Below the pieces are notes generated by a model, which worked only from the letters and a program-made list of their open reading frames with translations, did not search any database and was not told where the DNA came from. The position numbers and the translations under genes were made by a program. DNA of 32,000 nucleotides from Wolbachia endosymbiont strain TRS of Brugia malayi (lineage in GTDB: Bacteria > Pseudomonadota > Alphaproteobacteria > Rickettsiales > Anaplasmataceae), in NCBI RefSeq assembly GCF_000008385.1, contig NC_006833.1, forward strand, positions 900,001-932,000, given 5' to 3'. How positions within the stretch are numbered: the first letter of the stretch is position 1; each line of letters opens with the position of its first letter. Of the stretch, positions 30,994-32,000 are shown piece by piece.

Positions 30994-31565
30994 CTATCTA
31001 ATTTTTATGTATATGGAAAAGAAAAAAAGGAGCACTTGAAAGTGTGCTCCTTTTTGAAGTTCATGACTGTTGACCAATAGATAAACCACTGTCAACAACT
31101 GGTGTTGCTGCAGGACTATCAGTTTTGAACTTGGTGTGTTGCCATTTGCAGGAACTTTAAGTTCAGAACTTGCAGCTTCAGGCGCAATTGGATATTTAGC
31201 GTATATATTGAATTCTTTTATTATATCGCTAAAACCTAACAGTTCTTTCATTCTTTCTGGTTCATTATCACCATAAATCGTACTGTTATCTTGAGTTCCA
31301 ACTGAATTTATGGACAGATGTATATAACCATTCTCCATTTCTATTTTTGAGTCACAACGACCTGTGATATATAGCTGTTTCTCTCCTTCAAGATTCAAAT
31401 GGAACTCATCACAAATAACATTATTATCCTTGTTTTTGTATACTTCTTAAAGTATTTGATAGTTATTATGTTTTATATCCAGCCATATTTACCATCAATA
31501 ACCTTCAGGCAAGCTGTAGGTTCTTGAGCTATCTTAATACTGCTTATTTGGTTTGTTTTATTACT
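30994..31565 (-). pseudogene. Small hypothetical gene, probably frameshifted at both ends of ORF 30994-31398
   Basis: Upstream of the called ATG the reading continues in frame ('EVYKNKDNNVICDEFHLNLEGEKQ') to a stop, preceded in another frame by 'SSIKIAQEPTACLKVIDGKYGWI*'. At the 3' end an alternate frame gives a more protein-like end, 'TDSPAATPVVDSGLSIGQQS*'. Confidence 0.4.
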
Positions 31566-31888
31566 AGACTTTCAAATTGATTAAAATTTTCCTAAAGTTC
31601 ATGAAATTTCTGTACAACTAGCAATCTACTTAAAAAACTTTTTTATGCTTTTCACATATTCATTCCTTAAATTAATAATAAATTAACTTAGTTATTATAT
31701 ATAAGGCATAACATGTCAACTATTTTAGAAAATGTTTTTAATACTCGCTTGAACTTGCAATCTTTAATAATTTAATAGCACTGGTGTTCACAACTTTTCT
31801 ACTGACACATTTAGTGACAGAAAACCTCATATAGGGCTCATCCGTATAAGGGTTCCTTAACATTCTCATTCCTCACTATCTACAATTT

Positions 31889-32000
31889 TTAAGCCCGTTT
31901 AAAATCTACCACTACAATTATCGGTAGCCGATTGTCTGGTATAGGCGGCATATCAACGGATTGATATACTAGTATTTCCATTAAGGTATCCAGAGCTTCA
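31889..32000 (-). CDS. C-terminal end of an unidentified ORF running in from beyond the window
   Basis: Open minus-strand frame '...EALDTLMEILVYQSVDMPPIPDNRLPIIVVVDFKRA*'. Confidence 0.3.
   Translation of the reverse strand, partial: EALDTLMEILVYQSVDMPPIPDNRLPIIVVVDFKRA

Overview
AT-rich window from an obligate intracellular Rickettsiales genome, most consistent with Wolbachia (inferred from gene content, a split rRNA operon and VirB2-like genes). The intact core genes are: 23S rRNA (minus strand, cut by the window start), a TPR-methyltransferase, nrdA, ruvX, ruvC, coxC, metK, tRNA-Ile, rpmA, rplU, gatB, atpG, pmbA/tldD-family, a cold-shock gene, a DEAD-box helicase, tRNA-Glu, hemF, a cckA-like hybrid kinase, virB2-like, tRNA-Arg and rmuC. 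Large stretches between them are heavily decayed genes. I translated these by hand across stops and frameshifts. The two most interesting are: (1) 10.95-14.35 kb, minus: a remnant of one very large gene with an N-terminal nuclease-like domain (FNNIV...QIKH), an NB-ARC/STAND NTPase with a corrupted P-loop (GVDKT), a helical region and an ankyrin array, i.e. an NLR/Avs-like architecture; (2) 21.44-22.59 kb, minus: an ankyrin gene whose C-terminal half carries spaced EPIYA-like tyrosine motifs ([E]PIYAEV, ESTYAEV, EEPTYCIV, EPI[Y]AEV) and a Ser/Tyr/acidic tail, resembling an AnkA-type tyrosine-phosphorylated T4SS effector. Also seen: two adjacent decayed TenA-family genes, a decayed parA-parB pair, a tandem VirB2-like duplication with one dead copy, a candidate 23S promoter, a perfect 18-bp palindrome upstream of rplU, and a dispersed ~75 bp repeat pair. 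No CRISPR array, intact transposase or functional novel system was found.
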